A stretch of DNA of 64,000 nucleotides from the NCBI GenBank assembly GCA_963837465.1, contig CAWINB010000004.1, forward strand, positions 522,853-586,852, in the 5' to 3' direction. The notes beneath the pieces are model-generated. The model was not told the DNA's origin and ran no database searches. It was given only the letters and a program-made list of their open reading frames with translations. Below, in pieces: positions 26,704 to 36,402 of this stretch. The first letter of the stretch is position 1; every line of letters starts with the position of its first letter. The stretch comes from Candidatus Doudnabacteria bacterium. GTDB lineage: Bacteria; Patescibacteriota; Doudnabacteria; UBA920. Made by a program: the position numbers and the translations under genes.

Positions 26704-28605
26704 TTATGATTTATTATTCCATATTTCTTCTAATACAATAGTCCCACTATTAGGTCTATTTTTTTTATCTAGGAGATCAATGCTAACTTTTACTGGAATT
26801 TTTACAGCCAGACCTGCAAAAAAACAGCTACCTGTTGAAAGTATAGAAAGAGAGTCAAATGATAGTTTGTCTAAATAAGACACTGTTTTATTAATTGCAT
26901 TTATATCATAATTATTTACCAATTTGTGAATAAAATAATTATGCAACTGAGAGATAATTGTTGTAGAAATATCGTAAGGTCTTTGACTGGCAATTGTTAA
27001 AAAAACATTAAACTTTCTTCCTTCTTTGATTATTTCTTCGAATGTTTCAAGTCTATAATCTTTCCAGGTTTCACTTTCTCGTTCTGAGGAACTCGATAAA
27101 ATATTATGAGCTTCGTCTACAATTAAATGCAATGATTTGCCTTCATAATTATTTTTATGTTCTTCATAAAGTTTTTTGGCAATAATTAGGGGTAATGTTT
27201 TTTTAATTTCAAGATTAGTATTTTTTAAATTTAAAACAACTAAATTTTTACCAGATGGAAAAATTGAATTGCTACTTTCTGTATCTAATATCTTCTCTAT
27301 ATCTTTTTGTTTACTCTTTAATTTATTAATTGCTGGAGAAATATGCTCATTTTGAGCCTTATCATTATAGACATCAAATATTATTTGTAGGTAAAGAAAA
27401 TGTATTAGTTTTGAGATGGCATTTTTAGGGAAAACATAGGCATCAATTTTATTATATAAATCTAAGTTGACTATTTCCTCTTCAGAAATTTGTTTATGTA
27501 CCGTACTACGGGGTAACATAAAATAATTTAAAGTATTGTGCCATTCTGGTATTTTGATTGAATTTGTATCCGTATCTGATATACTCAGAATAATTTTTAT
27601 ATAATCTAATAAAATATGCGACTTTTCTTTTATAACCATTAACAAAATATCTTTTAATCTTTTTTTGAGAATATTTTTAAAAAATTCAAGTGGGTTATTA
27701 TCGTTGCCCATCTCATCTTTTTCTTTATGAATTTTCCTGTAAAAATCAATGGCTCTACTGATAAATGGTCTTTGAGTTTTGTCAGTAGCATTTGAAAGAA
27801 TGGAAATTAGTTCAACATTCATCAAATCGGCTTCTTTTAAGGGTATCTTTTTATCTGTTTCAATTGCACTTAATTCCTTTTTTGTATCTAAAAAATACAC
27901 TTGTTTATTTTCCGTTAGAATCTCATCTTTGTCTCCACCTTTAATTTCTTTTGCATATTCTCCATTAAAATCAAAAATAACAAATTTTGAATTTTCATTA
28001 AAATTGGAGTTGTCTTTATATAATTTAAATAGCTCATGATAAATCTTTGCCAAAGTATTAGACTTACCGCTACCGGTATTTCCAAAAATACCAATATGGC
28101 TGGCGAACAAACCGTTAACACTTACTTCAATTTCTTGAGAAGGCTCTTCTGTTAAAGGACCCAAGGGTATTTTTTGTTCTGTATCTTTATAAAATTGATG
28201 TAAGATATTAAATTCTTCTTTATCTAACAAATAACACTTGTTGTCAATTAATGGCATTTCTTTAATACCCTGCTCAAATTTAACTCCATCAAAATGTCCA
28301 AATAAAGTAACCTCTAAATATCGGACAATTTTTTGTTCTTCTTTATTATATTCTTCATTAAAAATCCTTTCGGTTGTGATAAATTCTCCCTCTACCTTAC
28401 CAATAATTTCAACAAACCCTTTCATAATTTTTACAAAACCACCAACAGAAACATTTTTTAAAATTTTGCCCTGATATAAAAGATGGGATGAGTTTTTATT
28501 TTTATTTACCTTAATTTTTACCTTTCTGCCCTCAACAGAAGAAACGTAGCCAATAATAAAAATTGACTCCTTAGTAAGGCTTCTTTGTATTTGTTCATTA
28601 CTCAT
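26704..28605 (-). CDS. HerA-like (DUF87) ATPase, defence-associated
   Basis: 633 aa. N-terminal HAS-barrel-like region (YLEVTLFGHF), Walker A GIFGNTGSGKSNT, Walker B LHLIVDEAHN. 3-bp gap to hsdR, 8-bp overlap with upstream gene. Confidence 0.7.
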   Translation of the reverse strand: MSNEQIQRSLTKESIFIIGYVSSVEGRKVKIKVNKNKNSSHLLYQGKILKNVSVGGFVKIMKGFVEIIGKVEGEFITTERIFNEEYNKEEQKIVRYLEVTLFGHFDGVKFEQGIKEMPLIDNKCYLLDKEEFNILHQFYKDTEQKIPLGPLTEEPSQEIEVSVNGLFASHIGIFGNTGSGKSNTLAKIYHELFKLYKDNSNFNENSKFVIFDFNGEYAKEIKGGDKDEILTENKQVYFLDTKKELSAIETDKKIPLKEADLMNVELISILSNATDKTQRPFISRAIDFYRKIHKEKDEMGNDNNPLEFFKNILKKRLKDILLMVIKEKSHILLDYIKIILSISDTDTNSIKIPEWHNTLNYFMLPRSTVHKQISEEEIVNLDLYNKIDAYVFPKNAISKLIHFLYLQIIFDVYNDKAQNEHISPAINKLKSKQKDIEKILDTESSNSIFPSGKNLVVLNLKNTNLEIKKTLPLIIAKKLYEEHKNNYEGKSLHLIVDEAHNILSSSSERESETWKDYRLETFEEIIKEGRKFNVFLTIASQRPYDISTTIISQLHNYFIHKLVNNYDINAINKTVSYLDKLSFDSLSILSTGSCFFAGLAVKIPVKVSIDLLDKKNRPNSGTIVLEEIWNNKS

Positions 28606-29719
28606 GCTTTTCAGGTTTCAAGTTAATTCGCTTAAAAAAAACTTCTGTAACCGTACTTAAATCATAAGAATGGATCTCTTCTTCTCCCTCAAATTCATTC
28701 AAAACAATCGTTATGTTTGGAAACTTGAGAATTTCCATCTTATCTTCCATTTCTTTTCTTTTTTCTTTTGAGTGTAAAAATATGAAAATCCGCAGTGTCG
28801 GATTTGATTTTGCAACCCGTTTAGTTATTTCTTTAATATGTTGGTCTGTCATTGAAAAGCCAATCACAAAGAGAACAGAATTTACACGTTCTAATTCACT
28901 AGAATATGAGCGTAATAACTCATAATAATATTTATTTAGTACTGTTTCAGAAAACTTTGCACTCTCTGGATTTACAACAAGTATTTTTTCTTTATAATCA
29001 TCTGTAAACCTTTTCCCAGTCCTTTTTAACAACTTACTATCAAAATGATCAAGCTTAGAAGAAAGCAATATTTTTCTATCTTCTCCTGTCTTGCTGGTTT
29101 CATATTTCCAAGTAAGCGAACCATGAACTTTTAAAATATTAAAAATTGGGATTTCTGATTTATGATCAAAATGCAAACTTCTCTGAAAGACAGATTTTTT
29201 AAAGTTAGATAAAGAAAACGTAGGGTTTAATCTTCCTGAAAAACCATCATTATAATCAATGAACAAATCTTCTAAAGTTTTTTCAAAAAATGGATCAATA
29301 TTTGTAGTAAATATGTTAACTTGTTTATTAAGTATGGTAGTTTCTCTTTCTAAAATTAGCTTAGTTATTGTTTGCAAAAATTTTTCATAAGATTTTTTTG
29401 TATCCCTAAAATCAATTTCTTCAGTCCTGTCCTCACCGTTACTATTTTTTAAACTATTTCCTGTTGCATTTTTTATGGAATCTGTTGAAAATTGTTGTGA
29501 AAAAACCTTTTTATTTGGAAGCATTACCGTTTCTATATACTTTTTATAACCTAGTATTTGCTCTTTGGTTTTGTTGTCCCTAATTGCATTATTTATTTCG
29601 CTTTCAATACCACCTAAGATTGGCAAGAATGGAGTAGAAATACCAGCACCAAAAAGAAAGTTCACATTCGAACTCTGAATTATTTCTTTTAGTTCTGTTA
29701 TAAATTTATCTTTTTTCAT
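28598..29719 (-). CDS. SIR2-like NAD-binding domain protein, defence-associated
   Basis: 373 aa. VNFLFGAGIS (sirtuin GAGIS Rossmann motif) and LKVHGSLTW (catalytic His in the HG motif). Confidence 0.65.
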   Translation of the reverse strand: MKKDKFITELKEIIQSSNVNFLFGAGISTPFLPILGGIESEINNAIRDNKTKEQILGYKKYIETVMLPNKKVFSQQFSTDSIKNATGNSLKNSNGEDRTEEIDFRDTKKSYEKFLQTITKLILERETTILNKQVNIFTTNIDPFFEKTLEDLFIDYNDGFSGRLNPTFSLSNFKKSVFQRSLHFDHKSEIPIFNILKVHGSLTWKYETSKTGEDRKILLSSKLDHFDSKLLKRTGKRFTDDYKEKILVVNPESAKFSETVLNKYYYELLRSYSSELERVNSVLFVIGFSMTDQHIKEITKRVAKSNPTLRIFIFLHSKEKRKEMEDKMEILKFPNITIVLNEFEGEEEIHSYDLSTVTEVFFKRINLKPEKHE

Positions 29720-29725
29720 ATACCT

Positions 29726-30928
29726 CTATACAAACAACCCTTGCATCAAGCCTTTTTTCCATTGCTCGGCTTGGGTGATTTGTTGTTGTTTAGATTCTAT
29801 TACATTGTCGACCGAAGTTAAAAAATCTGCGATTTTTTGCTGTTCCGGAAGGGTTGGAACGGGTAATTTTATATTTGAATATTTAGAAATCCAATGCCTG
29901 CCGTGTCCGCCAATTTCATATTTAATTTGGGTCATAGCTTCATATATAAATTTTATATCGGTCCCATCTTTTGCTTTTAAAATTTTCATCGCCGATGATT
30001 TAACTTTAAATGGAAAATCAACAAACTGCGATGTTGTAGTAAAATCATCAAATATTATTACAGGCAAATCAGTTGTCAGAAAAATTCCACTCGTTTCGTC
30101 TGTAAATCCCAATATAAAAGTTTTACCGGCAGTTAAAACAGGGGTTTTGTAACTACTATCGTATTCTGTGCTTTTTACAATATAATTAGTTGGCTGTTCA
30201 TAATCTAAGCAATCCGCCAACTTTTTCCCTTCCCATTTGGGAAAATCTTTTCCTTTTTCATTTTTAAAACGGATTTCTTGGGAAAATATTTTTTGTACTA
30301 TTCCTTTTTTGTAGGATTCAAAAGATTCTTTTTGCTTTTTTAAATTTTCTATCCACTCATCAACTGCCCCAACAAAACCTATTAACTTTTTTTGTTCGGG
30401 CAATGAGGGTGTATGAATACTAAAATTAGAAACTTGGGCCAAAGAAATATTACTTTGAGCCAATCCTACTTTTAGTCTGTTAATTTGGTTTTGAATAAAA
30501 TCCGAACGCAAAACTTCCCTTATATATTTTGAACTAACCCCACTTTTTGGTGAAATAATCGCAAGTGCCTGGTTTGTATTGGCAGGTAGGACATCTTTAT
30601 TAGCCATCACCACCCGCCCAAGAGCCCCAGCAATTGAAAACAAAATATCACCTTCTTTTAACTGAGACCTTTTTAAGGCCTGATTACAATTTTCATCAAT
30701 ATGAGCAAATTTATCAATTAAAAAATTGCCGTCTTCGGTAATTGATTCAATCTTAATAAAATTAATTCCGCTCTTAGTATAGTTAAACCCCAACGTAGTC
30801 GGGGTAGTCCCTTTTGTAATTCTATCGGAAATATCCCCCAACTTTTTTTCCTCCCACTCACCAGAAAAACCCGGAAAGCGGAGTTTTGGGATTTTTTTAT
30901 TTTGCAGTTGTGCGGCTTTTGCTGGCAT
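29726..30928 (-). CDS. hsdS: Type I R-M specificity subunit
   Basis: 400 aa. Two target-recognition domains separated and followed by conserved LPSLPEQKKLIGFV... and LPVPTLPEQQKIADFLTSVD helices. Confidence 0.8.
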   Translation of the reverse strand: MPAKAAQLQNKKIPKLRFPGFSGEWEEKKLGDISDRITKGTTPTTLGFNYTKSGINFIKIESITEDGNFLIDKFAHIDENCNQALKRSQLKEGDILFSIAGALGRVVMANKDVLPANTNQALAIISPKSGVSSKYIREVLRSDFIQNQINRLKVGLAQSNISLAQVSNFSIHTPSLPEQKKLIGFVGAVDEWIENLKKQKESFESYKKGIVQKIFSQEIRFKNEKGKDFPKWEGKKLADCLDYEQPTNYIVKSTEYDSSYKTPVLTAGKTFILGFTDETSGIFLTTDLPVIIFDDFTTTSQFVDFPFKVKSSAMKILKAKDGTDIKFIYEAMTQIKYEIGGHGRHWISKYSNIKLPVPTLPEQQKIADFLTSVDNVIESKQQQITQAEQWKKGLMQGLFV

Positions 30929-30930
30929 AA

Positions 30931-32508
30931 TTAAAAAGGTTTGTTGATTTTTAGTTCCTCACAAAATTCCGCAATCTTTTTTTGTAGACTTAACTCATTT
31001 ATGTTTAATTCTTTGAGTATCTTAGCAACGCTTTCTATATCAATAATCTCTTCTTCTTCAAATGTGTCCACATAGCGCGGAATGTTTAGGTTGTAATCGT
31101 TTTCTTGAATTTCTTTTATGGTTGCGCGGTGGGAATACTTTTCTATTTCTTTTCGGTCTTTATAGGTTTCAAAAATTTTGGCGATGTGTTCATTTGTTAA
31201 ATAATTTTGATTACCTCTCTTTTCAAATTCTATGGAAGCATCAATAAACAAAATATCTTCATCATCTTTGCGGCATTTTTTAAAAACAAGAACTGTTGCG
31301 GGAATGGAGGCTCCATAAAACAGGTTTGCCGGCAGGCCGATAACCGCATCCAAATAGTTTTGTTTTTCTATAATATATTTTCTTATGTGGCCCTCCGCAC
31401 CGGACCTAAAAAGCGCGCCATGAGGCAAGACTATGGCCATTGTGCCGTTGTCGGCAAGGTGGTGAAGCATATGAGTTACAAAGGCATAGTCCGCGGCGCT
31501 TTTAGGTGCCAGTCTGCCGTATTGGGAAAAGCGGTCATCGTGCGCTAGGGCTGGATCTGTGTCTCCTTTCCACTGGGCGGAAAAAGGTGGATTGGCAACA
31601 ATCGCCTCGGCCTTTAGGTCTGGGTACATATCTTCTTTAAGCGTATCGCCTTGGCGAATGGAAAAACGAGTAAAATTTATCCCGTGCAAAATCATATTCA
31701 TTCTGGCCAGGTTGTATGTAGTTGGATTAAGTTCTTGCCCGTAATAATTAGCTACGTCCGTAAATTCACCAAGACGAAGCAAAAGGGAGCCGCTACCACA
31801 GGTTGCGTCGTAAGCAGATTTAATACGTTTTTTATCTAACGAAACAATTTGTGCAAGCAAACGCGATATTTGAGCGGGGGTGTAATACTCGCCGCCTTTT
31901 TTACCGGCCCCGGCCGCAAATTCTCCAATTAAATATTCGTAGGCATCACCTAACAGATCGCTCTTAGCGTCTTCAAGTTTAAAATCAATACCCGCTAGAA
32001 GCGTTAGCACTTCCACAACAACTTCGTTCTTTTCGTTTTCCCGTGAACCCAGCTTTGAGGAAGCAAGGTCGATATCATCAAACAAGCCCTTAAAGTCGTC
32101 TTCGCTTGCTGTTCCGGCGGAGGTCTTTTCTATATCGTTAAGGATATTTTTAAGATCCTCAAGAATAAAGGTTGTTTGACCCTTTATTTCACCTTTCCCT
32201 TTTTTAACCAGGTATGAAAAAAGTTCCGTCGGTTTAAGATAAAAACCAAGCTCGTCAATACAAGCCTGTTTTGTATGTACCAGATATTCCCGGCCTTCTG
32301 CCGCAGTTTCTTTTACTTGGTCAAAAGTAATTTTGTCGCTAACTAAAAGTTTTTCATTTACATAGCGCTCCAGCTTTTCAGAAAGATATTTATAGAAAAT
32401 AAAGCCAAGAATATAGTTTTTATATTCATCAGCGTTCATCTTCCCGCGAAGCACATTCGCAACGCCCCATAATTGTTTTTCTAACAGCCTTTTTTGTTCT
32501 TCTGACAT
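30931..32508 (-). CDS. hsdM: Type I R-M N6-adenine DNA methyltransferase subunit
   Basis: 525 aa. HsdM N-terminal domain; catalytic motif IV VANPPFS; SAM motif DATCGSGSLL. Confidence 0.9.
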   Translation of the reverse strand: MSEEQKRLLEKQLWGVANVLRGKMNADEYKNYILGFIFYKYLSEKLERYVNEKLLVSDKITFDQVKETAAEGREYLVHTKQACIDELGFYLKPTELFSYLVKKGKGEIKGQTTFILEDLKNILNDIEKTSAGTASEDDFKGLFDDIDLASSKLGSRENEKNEVVVEVLTLLAGIDFKLEDAKSDLLGDAYEYLIGEFAAGAGKKGGEYYTPAQISRLLAQIVSLDKKRIKSAYDATCGSGSLLLRLGEFTDVANYYGQELNPTTYNLARMNMILHGINFTRFSIRQGDTLKEDMYPDLKAEAIVANPPFSAQWKGDTDPALAHDDRFSQYGRLAPKSAADYAFVTHMLHHLADNGTMAIVLPHGALFRSGAEGHIRKYIIEKQNYLDAVIGLPANLFYGASIPATVLVFKKCRKDDEDILFIDASIEFEKRGNQNYLTNEHIAKIFETYKDRKEIEKYSHRATIKEIQENDYNLNIPRYVDTFEEEEIIDIESVAKILKELNINELSLQKKIAEFCEELKINKPF

Positions 32509-32602
32509 AAATATATTTTATAGCTACTTTTATAGTATATACTCTCTTGCTAAATTAATTCCGAAATGTTAGACTAAGGCTAATAACCTTAACCCTAACA
32601 AA

Positions 32603-33022
32603 ATGTACCAAATAAAATTGTCGGTAAGCGAGCTTAAGAAGATTAAACAACTACAAGAAAAGGAGAAAAATGCCAGAGTTTTGCGCCGTCTTGAAGCCAT
32701 AAAGCTCTTAAGCCAGGGGCAAAGCCATCAGGAGATCGCGGAAGCGCTGAATGTATGCATGGATACAATCACAGATTGGGTAAAAATTTACCAATCAGGG
32801 AAACTCCCAGGATTATGTGAACTGCAATTTAAAGATAAGCGAAAGTCAAAAATTAATGATTATGTAGAGCAAATCAAACAGGATGTAAAAGACAACACCA
32901 TTACGACTTTAGCTGAAATGCAGGCCTGGATTAAGGAAAAGTACTCAATTGAAATGGAACAAAGCTGGTTATGGCGTTGCTGTAAAAAAAACTCAATTTA
33001 TCTTACAAAAAAACCCGTATAG
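32603..33022 (+). CDS. IS630 transposase OrfA (HTH part)
   Basis: LRRLEAIKLLSQGQSHQEIAEALNVCMDTITDWVKIY is a Tc1/IS630-type HTH. Ends just after A AAA AAA (33007-33013). Confidence 0.75.
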   Translation: MYQIKLSVSELKKIKQLQEKEKNARVLRRLEAIKLLSQGQSHQEIAEALNVCMDTITDWVKIYQSGKLPGLCELQFKDKRKSKINDYVEQIKQDVKDNTITTLAEMQAWIKEKYSIEMEQSWLWRCCKKNSIYLTKKPV

Positions 33023-33639
33023 TTCCCAGCGGCGCGCCGACACAGGAAGTTCAGAAGGATTTCGTAAAGTTCATTCTTAAAACCATAAAGAAAGCCAATG
33101 AGGATAAGGATATTGTACTATTTTTAGACCCCGCCCACCAAGTCCACAATGTTGATAATAGCTACTGCTGGCAACTTAAAGGTAAAAATGAAACCAAAGC
33201 CGTGCCATCCAATAGCGGCCGGGAAAGATTGACCGTCATCGGTGCCATTGGCGTGGAAAACTTCAAACCGACTATTCTGACGACGACCGATAACTGTGAT
33301 GGGCAAATGATGACGGTATTTTTAGGGGAAATCAGAAAAGATTATCCTGAAGCCCAAACCATATACATTTTCCTGGATAACGCCAAGTACAACCACAGTA
33401 ATTTGGTAACAGCGGAAGCAAAACAGTTAGGTATTGAACTGTTGTTTTTGCCGCCATATTCCCCAAACCTTAACTTAATTGAACGGCTCTGGAAATTCAT
33501 GAAAAAGAAAGTTAAAGCCAATAAGTATTACAAAACTTTTGTTGAGTTTACAAGCGCTATACATGATTTTTTTAAAAACATCGCTCAATACAAACCGGAG
33601 CTTGAAAAACTGTTAACCCTTAATTTTGAGATCATATAA
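32986..33639 (+). CDS. IS630 transposase OrfB (DDE part, via -1 programmed frameshift as an OrfAB fusion)
   Basis: The -1 frame is open from 32986: ...KKTRIVPSGAPTQE...LFLDPAHQVH...IYIFLDNAKYNH...PPYSPNLNLIERLW (D, D, E). Confidence 0.7.
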   Translation, partial: KKLNLSYKKTRIVPSGAPTQEVQKDFVKFILKTIKKANEDKDIVLFLDPAHQVHNVDNSYCWQLKGKNETKAVPSNSGRERLTVIGAIGVENFKPTILTTTDNCDGQMMTVFLGEIRKDYPEAQTIYIFLDNAKYNHSNLVTAEAKQLGIELLFLPPYSPNLNLIERLWKFMKKKVKANKYYKTFVEFTSAIHDFFKNIAQYKPELEKLLTLNFEII

Positions 33640-33853
33640 TCGGAATTAATTTAGCAAGAGAGTATATCTTAATTTTATCACTTTTTAAGCCTTTTGGACA
33701 ATCTTAATTTAAAGCCCCGGGCTCTGTTAAAGAGCCCGGGGCTAGGCAAAAATTACAACTTTTTTAACAGCTTATGGCCACAACAAGACAAATCTTATAG
33801 CCGCTGGTCGATATTAACGATTTGGATATATAATACTCGCAGAAAGGAACTTT

Positions 33854-34228
33854 ATGGACAAGAAATTTCAGGGTAATTTGGAGGATCAGGCAGAAACTGT
33901 AATCGGTCCATCGGCTAACATCCAGGGAGAGTTGATCAGCCAAGGCACTATTAAAATTGAAGGCCAAGTTATAGGTAAGATCACAACCAGCCAAATCGTG
34001 TCTATAACCCAAAATGCAAAAGTTACGGCTGAAGTGGAAGCGGAAAGCGCGGTTATTGGAGGAGAAGTTCAGGGCCATTTAAACATCTCGGGACGCTTGA
34101 TTTTGTTGTCCACCGCCAAGGTTGCCGCTGACATAACTTGTCCAACCTTGAAAGTGGAAGAGGGAGCACTTTATACCGGCAAGTGCATTATGGACGGCAA
34201 TATCCCTGCTGTGTTAAAAAAAGGATAA
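33854..34228 (+). CDS. Bactofilin-family cytoskeletal protein
   Basis: 124 aa. A beta-helical repeat pattern (IQGELISQGTIKIEGQVIGKITTSQIV...AEVEAESAVIGGEVQGHLNISGRLIL) is typical of DUF583. Confidence 0.7.
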   Translation: MDKKFQGNLEDQAETVIGPSANIQGELISQGTIKIEGQVIGKITTSQIVSITQNAKVTAEVEAESAVIGGEVQGHLNISGRLILLSTAKVAADITCPTLKVEEGALYTGKCIMDGNIPAVLKKG

Positions 34229-34299
34229 AATCTCACCAGAACCAAACCTGTAAATCTATATATTGGTATTTCTCGTCTTTTGCTCTGTTTTTGTCTTTT

Positions 34300-34741
34300 G
34301 TCTTCACCTCCCCATTTTTTTCCTGTTTTCGGTCTTTCTTCCACCCCCCCCATTTTCCCCTCTCTGTTTCCTTTGTTTTTTTGGTTTGTTTTAAGTTAGT
34401 TTAGTATATTTGTATTTAGTATTTAAGTATTTTAAGTATAGTATTTAGTAGTATATTGTTTTTAGTATTATTATCTATTTTGTCGTTCAGTTAGATTATC
34501 TGGTGATATATAGTAGTCAGGGGTATTTGGAGTAGTGAGAGGTAATGGAATTAAGGGGTTTAACAGCCAAACTGTATGAATGATGTTCATACAGCTGTTC
34601 ATACAGCTGGAAAGTACCAGTTGCTTCCATTTTAGGCTAAAGTTTTGGCCTCGGCAAGGGTGTATTGCAGGGGGTAATGGGGTAGGCAAAGTTAGCTGTT
34701 TTGGATATAATAGGTGTGAGCTTCACTAAGAAAATTCACCA
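34300..34741 (-). repeat. 0.5-kb repeat family, copy 2 (reverse orientation)
   Basis: Reverse complement of the core seen at 15430. Boundary ...AAAATTCACCA at 34741. Lies downstream of SR2. Confidence 0.7.
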
Positions 34742-34997
34742 AAGCATTTTCACCGCCTGCGTAGGCGGTTTTTGCTTGAAAAATATGCGAAAGTTTTGGG
34801 GTTGTAAATGTTTGATAATTGTAAATTGGTTTTTTAGGAAAAATCAAACCCATGAGTTTTGTTTTTTGCCAGTAAGTTGTCTTAGGCCAGAGCGTGGGCA
34901 AGTCTACGAGGAAGCCGAAGACAAAATTAATAGTGCGCTCAACATCAAAATTTTGACCGCTGTGAGTGTAGTCTTGTAAATCTAAGCTTCTATCCAT
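34692..34997 (-). CDS. Hypothetical ORF spanning the SR2-to-repeat junction
   Basis: 101 aa. C-terminal VNFLSEAHTYYIQNS is repeat-derived. Doubtful as a gene. Confidence 0.2.
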   Translation of the reverse strand: MDRSLDLQDYTHSGQNFDVERTINFVFGFLVDLPTLWPKTTYWQKTKLMGLIFPKKPIYNYQTFTTPKLSHIFQAKTAYAGGENALVNFLSEAHTYYIQNS

Positions 34998-35000
34998 GAG

Positions 35001-36287
35001 CTAACCTTTAACTCTAGCAAAGTCAATTTTAAAATCCTCATCAGGCAGTATATTTCTTTTAACCAAATCTAACAGCCGGTCTTTTTCTTTTTCTAATGAG
35101 GCAACTTGTTTTTTAACTACTTCTTTCCTTTGAGCTAGTTCCTTTGAATGACCGCCCCAAACATCTAAAATGACCTTTTTAAAGGCATTTAAGACTTCGG
35201 CATTCGGAGTAACCCCTTTTAAACACTTATCAAATTCGTCCTCTAGTGTTTTTTTAGCGATAGCTTTTTTGGAGGGGCAGACTTTATGGTAACAGCGGTA
35301 GTAAGGATAAAGGCCACCTAACCTGCCTTTGGAAAAACAGGCAGTTAAGGGACGGCTACACAATCCGCAGTCCACTTGGTGTCGCAGGGGGAAAGCTTCA
35401 TCTGTTCGGCTACCGGCTATGCAATCGCCTTTGGTAGTTTTAGGAAATTGTTTTTGATTTTTGTAATGGGTTTCTTCGCTGATGAGTGCAGGGTGAGTGC
35501 CTTTAAACTCCCCAAATTTGCTAACAATAATACCGCAGTAAAACTTTGAGGCTAAAATTTTATGAATGAGTTGGGTTGAAATCTCTTTACCCTTTTTGCT
35601 TCTAAGTCCCAGCTTGTTGGCTTTCTGCCGTAGCTCTTCTTGGGTATACATTCCAGAGGAAAATTCCTCTAACAAAAATTTGATTATATTACAGCGTGTT
35701 GAGTCTAATACTATGGATTTGTCTTTTTTGCCGTGATTTTGGTTTAAGTAACCAAGCGGAGCGTGGTGCGGCGAACGGCCGGATTGCAGACACTTGATTA
35801 TGCCGTCGGTAACTCTTTCGCTTCTAACATCGTTATCCAGTTGGGCAATGCTGGCCATCATGTTCCCCATGAACTTGCCAAAAGAATTATTGCCAATAGC
35901 TTCAGTGGTAGAAACTAACTCAACATTAAGTTTATCCAGCAAACCTTTAATGGCCGAATAGTCATTGACGTTCCTTGAGAGCCGGTCAACCTTGTTAACG
36001 ATAATGAAGTTGATTTTGTTTTTCTTGTCAGCTACAAATTTCAGCATGTCTTGCAAGCCAGGTCGGTCAGCGGTCTTTGCAGATTCTCCCTCATCGGAAA
36101 ATAACTTAACGATGGTTATGCCCTTGTCATCGGCGTATCTCTGGCAGGCTTCTTTTTGGTTATCCAAACTAAAACCGTCCACTTGGTCAGCTGTGGATAC
36201 TCGATAATACATTACGCCATTTTTCAAATTTTCTTGAGCCATAAGTTTAAGCCAAAATATTATACACCCTTTCGCTCCTTGTCCCAA
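35001..36287 (-). CDS. Large serine recombinase (SR2)
   Basis: 428 aa. N-terminal MYYRVSTADQVDGFSLDNQ...VNKVDRLSRN resolvase catalytic domain, recombinase domain, Cys-rich region CGLCSRP...YYRCYHKVC. Confidence 0.85.
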   Translation of the reverse strand: MGQGAKGCIIFWLKLMAQENLKNGVMYYRVSTADQVDGFSLDNQKEACQRYADDKGITIVKLFSDEGESAKTADRPGLQDMLKFVADKKNKINFIIVNKVDRLSRNVNDYSAIKGLLDKLNVELVSTTEAIGNNSFGKFMGNMMASIAQLDNDVRSERVTDGIIKCLQSGRSPHHAPLGYLNQNHGKKDKSIVLDSTRCNIIKFLLEEFSSGMYTQEELRQKANKLGLRSKKGKEISTQLIHKILASKFYCGIIVSKFGEFKGTHPALISEETHYKNQKQFPKTTKGDCIAGSRTDEAFPLRHQVDCGLCSRPLTACFSKGRLGGLYPYYRCYHKVCPSKKAIAKKTLEDEFDKCLKGVTPNAEVLNAFKKVILDVWGGHSKELAQRKEVVKKQVASLEKEKDRLLDLVKRNILPDEDFKIDFARVKG

Positions 36288-36402
36288 ACCTCATAAGATA
36301 TTTCTGCAAACTGGTACATATCAAGACGCAGCTGCTCAATTTCTTGGTCAGTCAGTGTGCCTGCAAAGTCCCCCAGCGAATTTTTGAATTCATCTAAGGG
36401 AA

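Larger units (their letters stand above)
32537..33667 (+). mobile_element. IS630-family insertion sequence
   Basis: 28-bp terminal inverted repeats ATATACTCTCTTGCTAAATTAATTCCGA (32537-32564; reverse complement at 33640-33667), probable TA flanks. OrfA plus DDE OrfB with an A7 slippery site. Confidence 0.8.
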
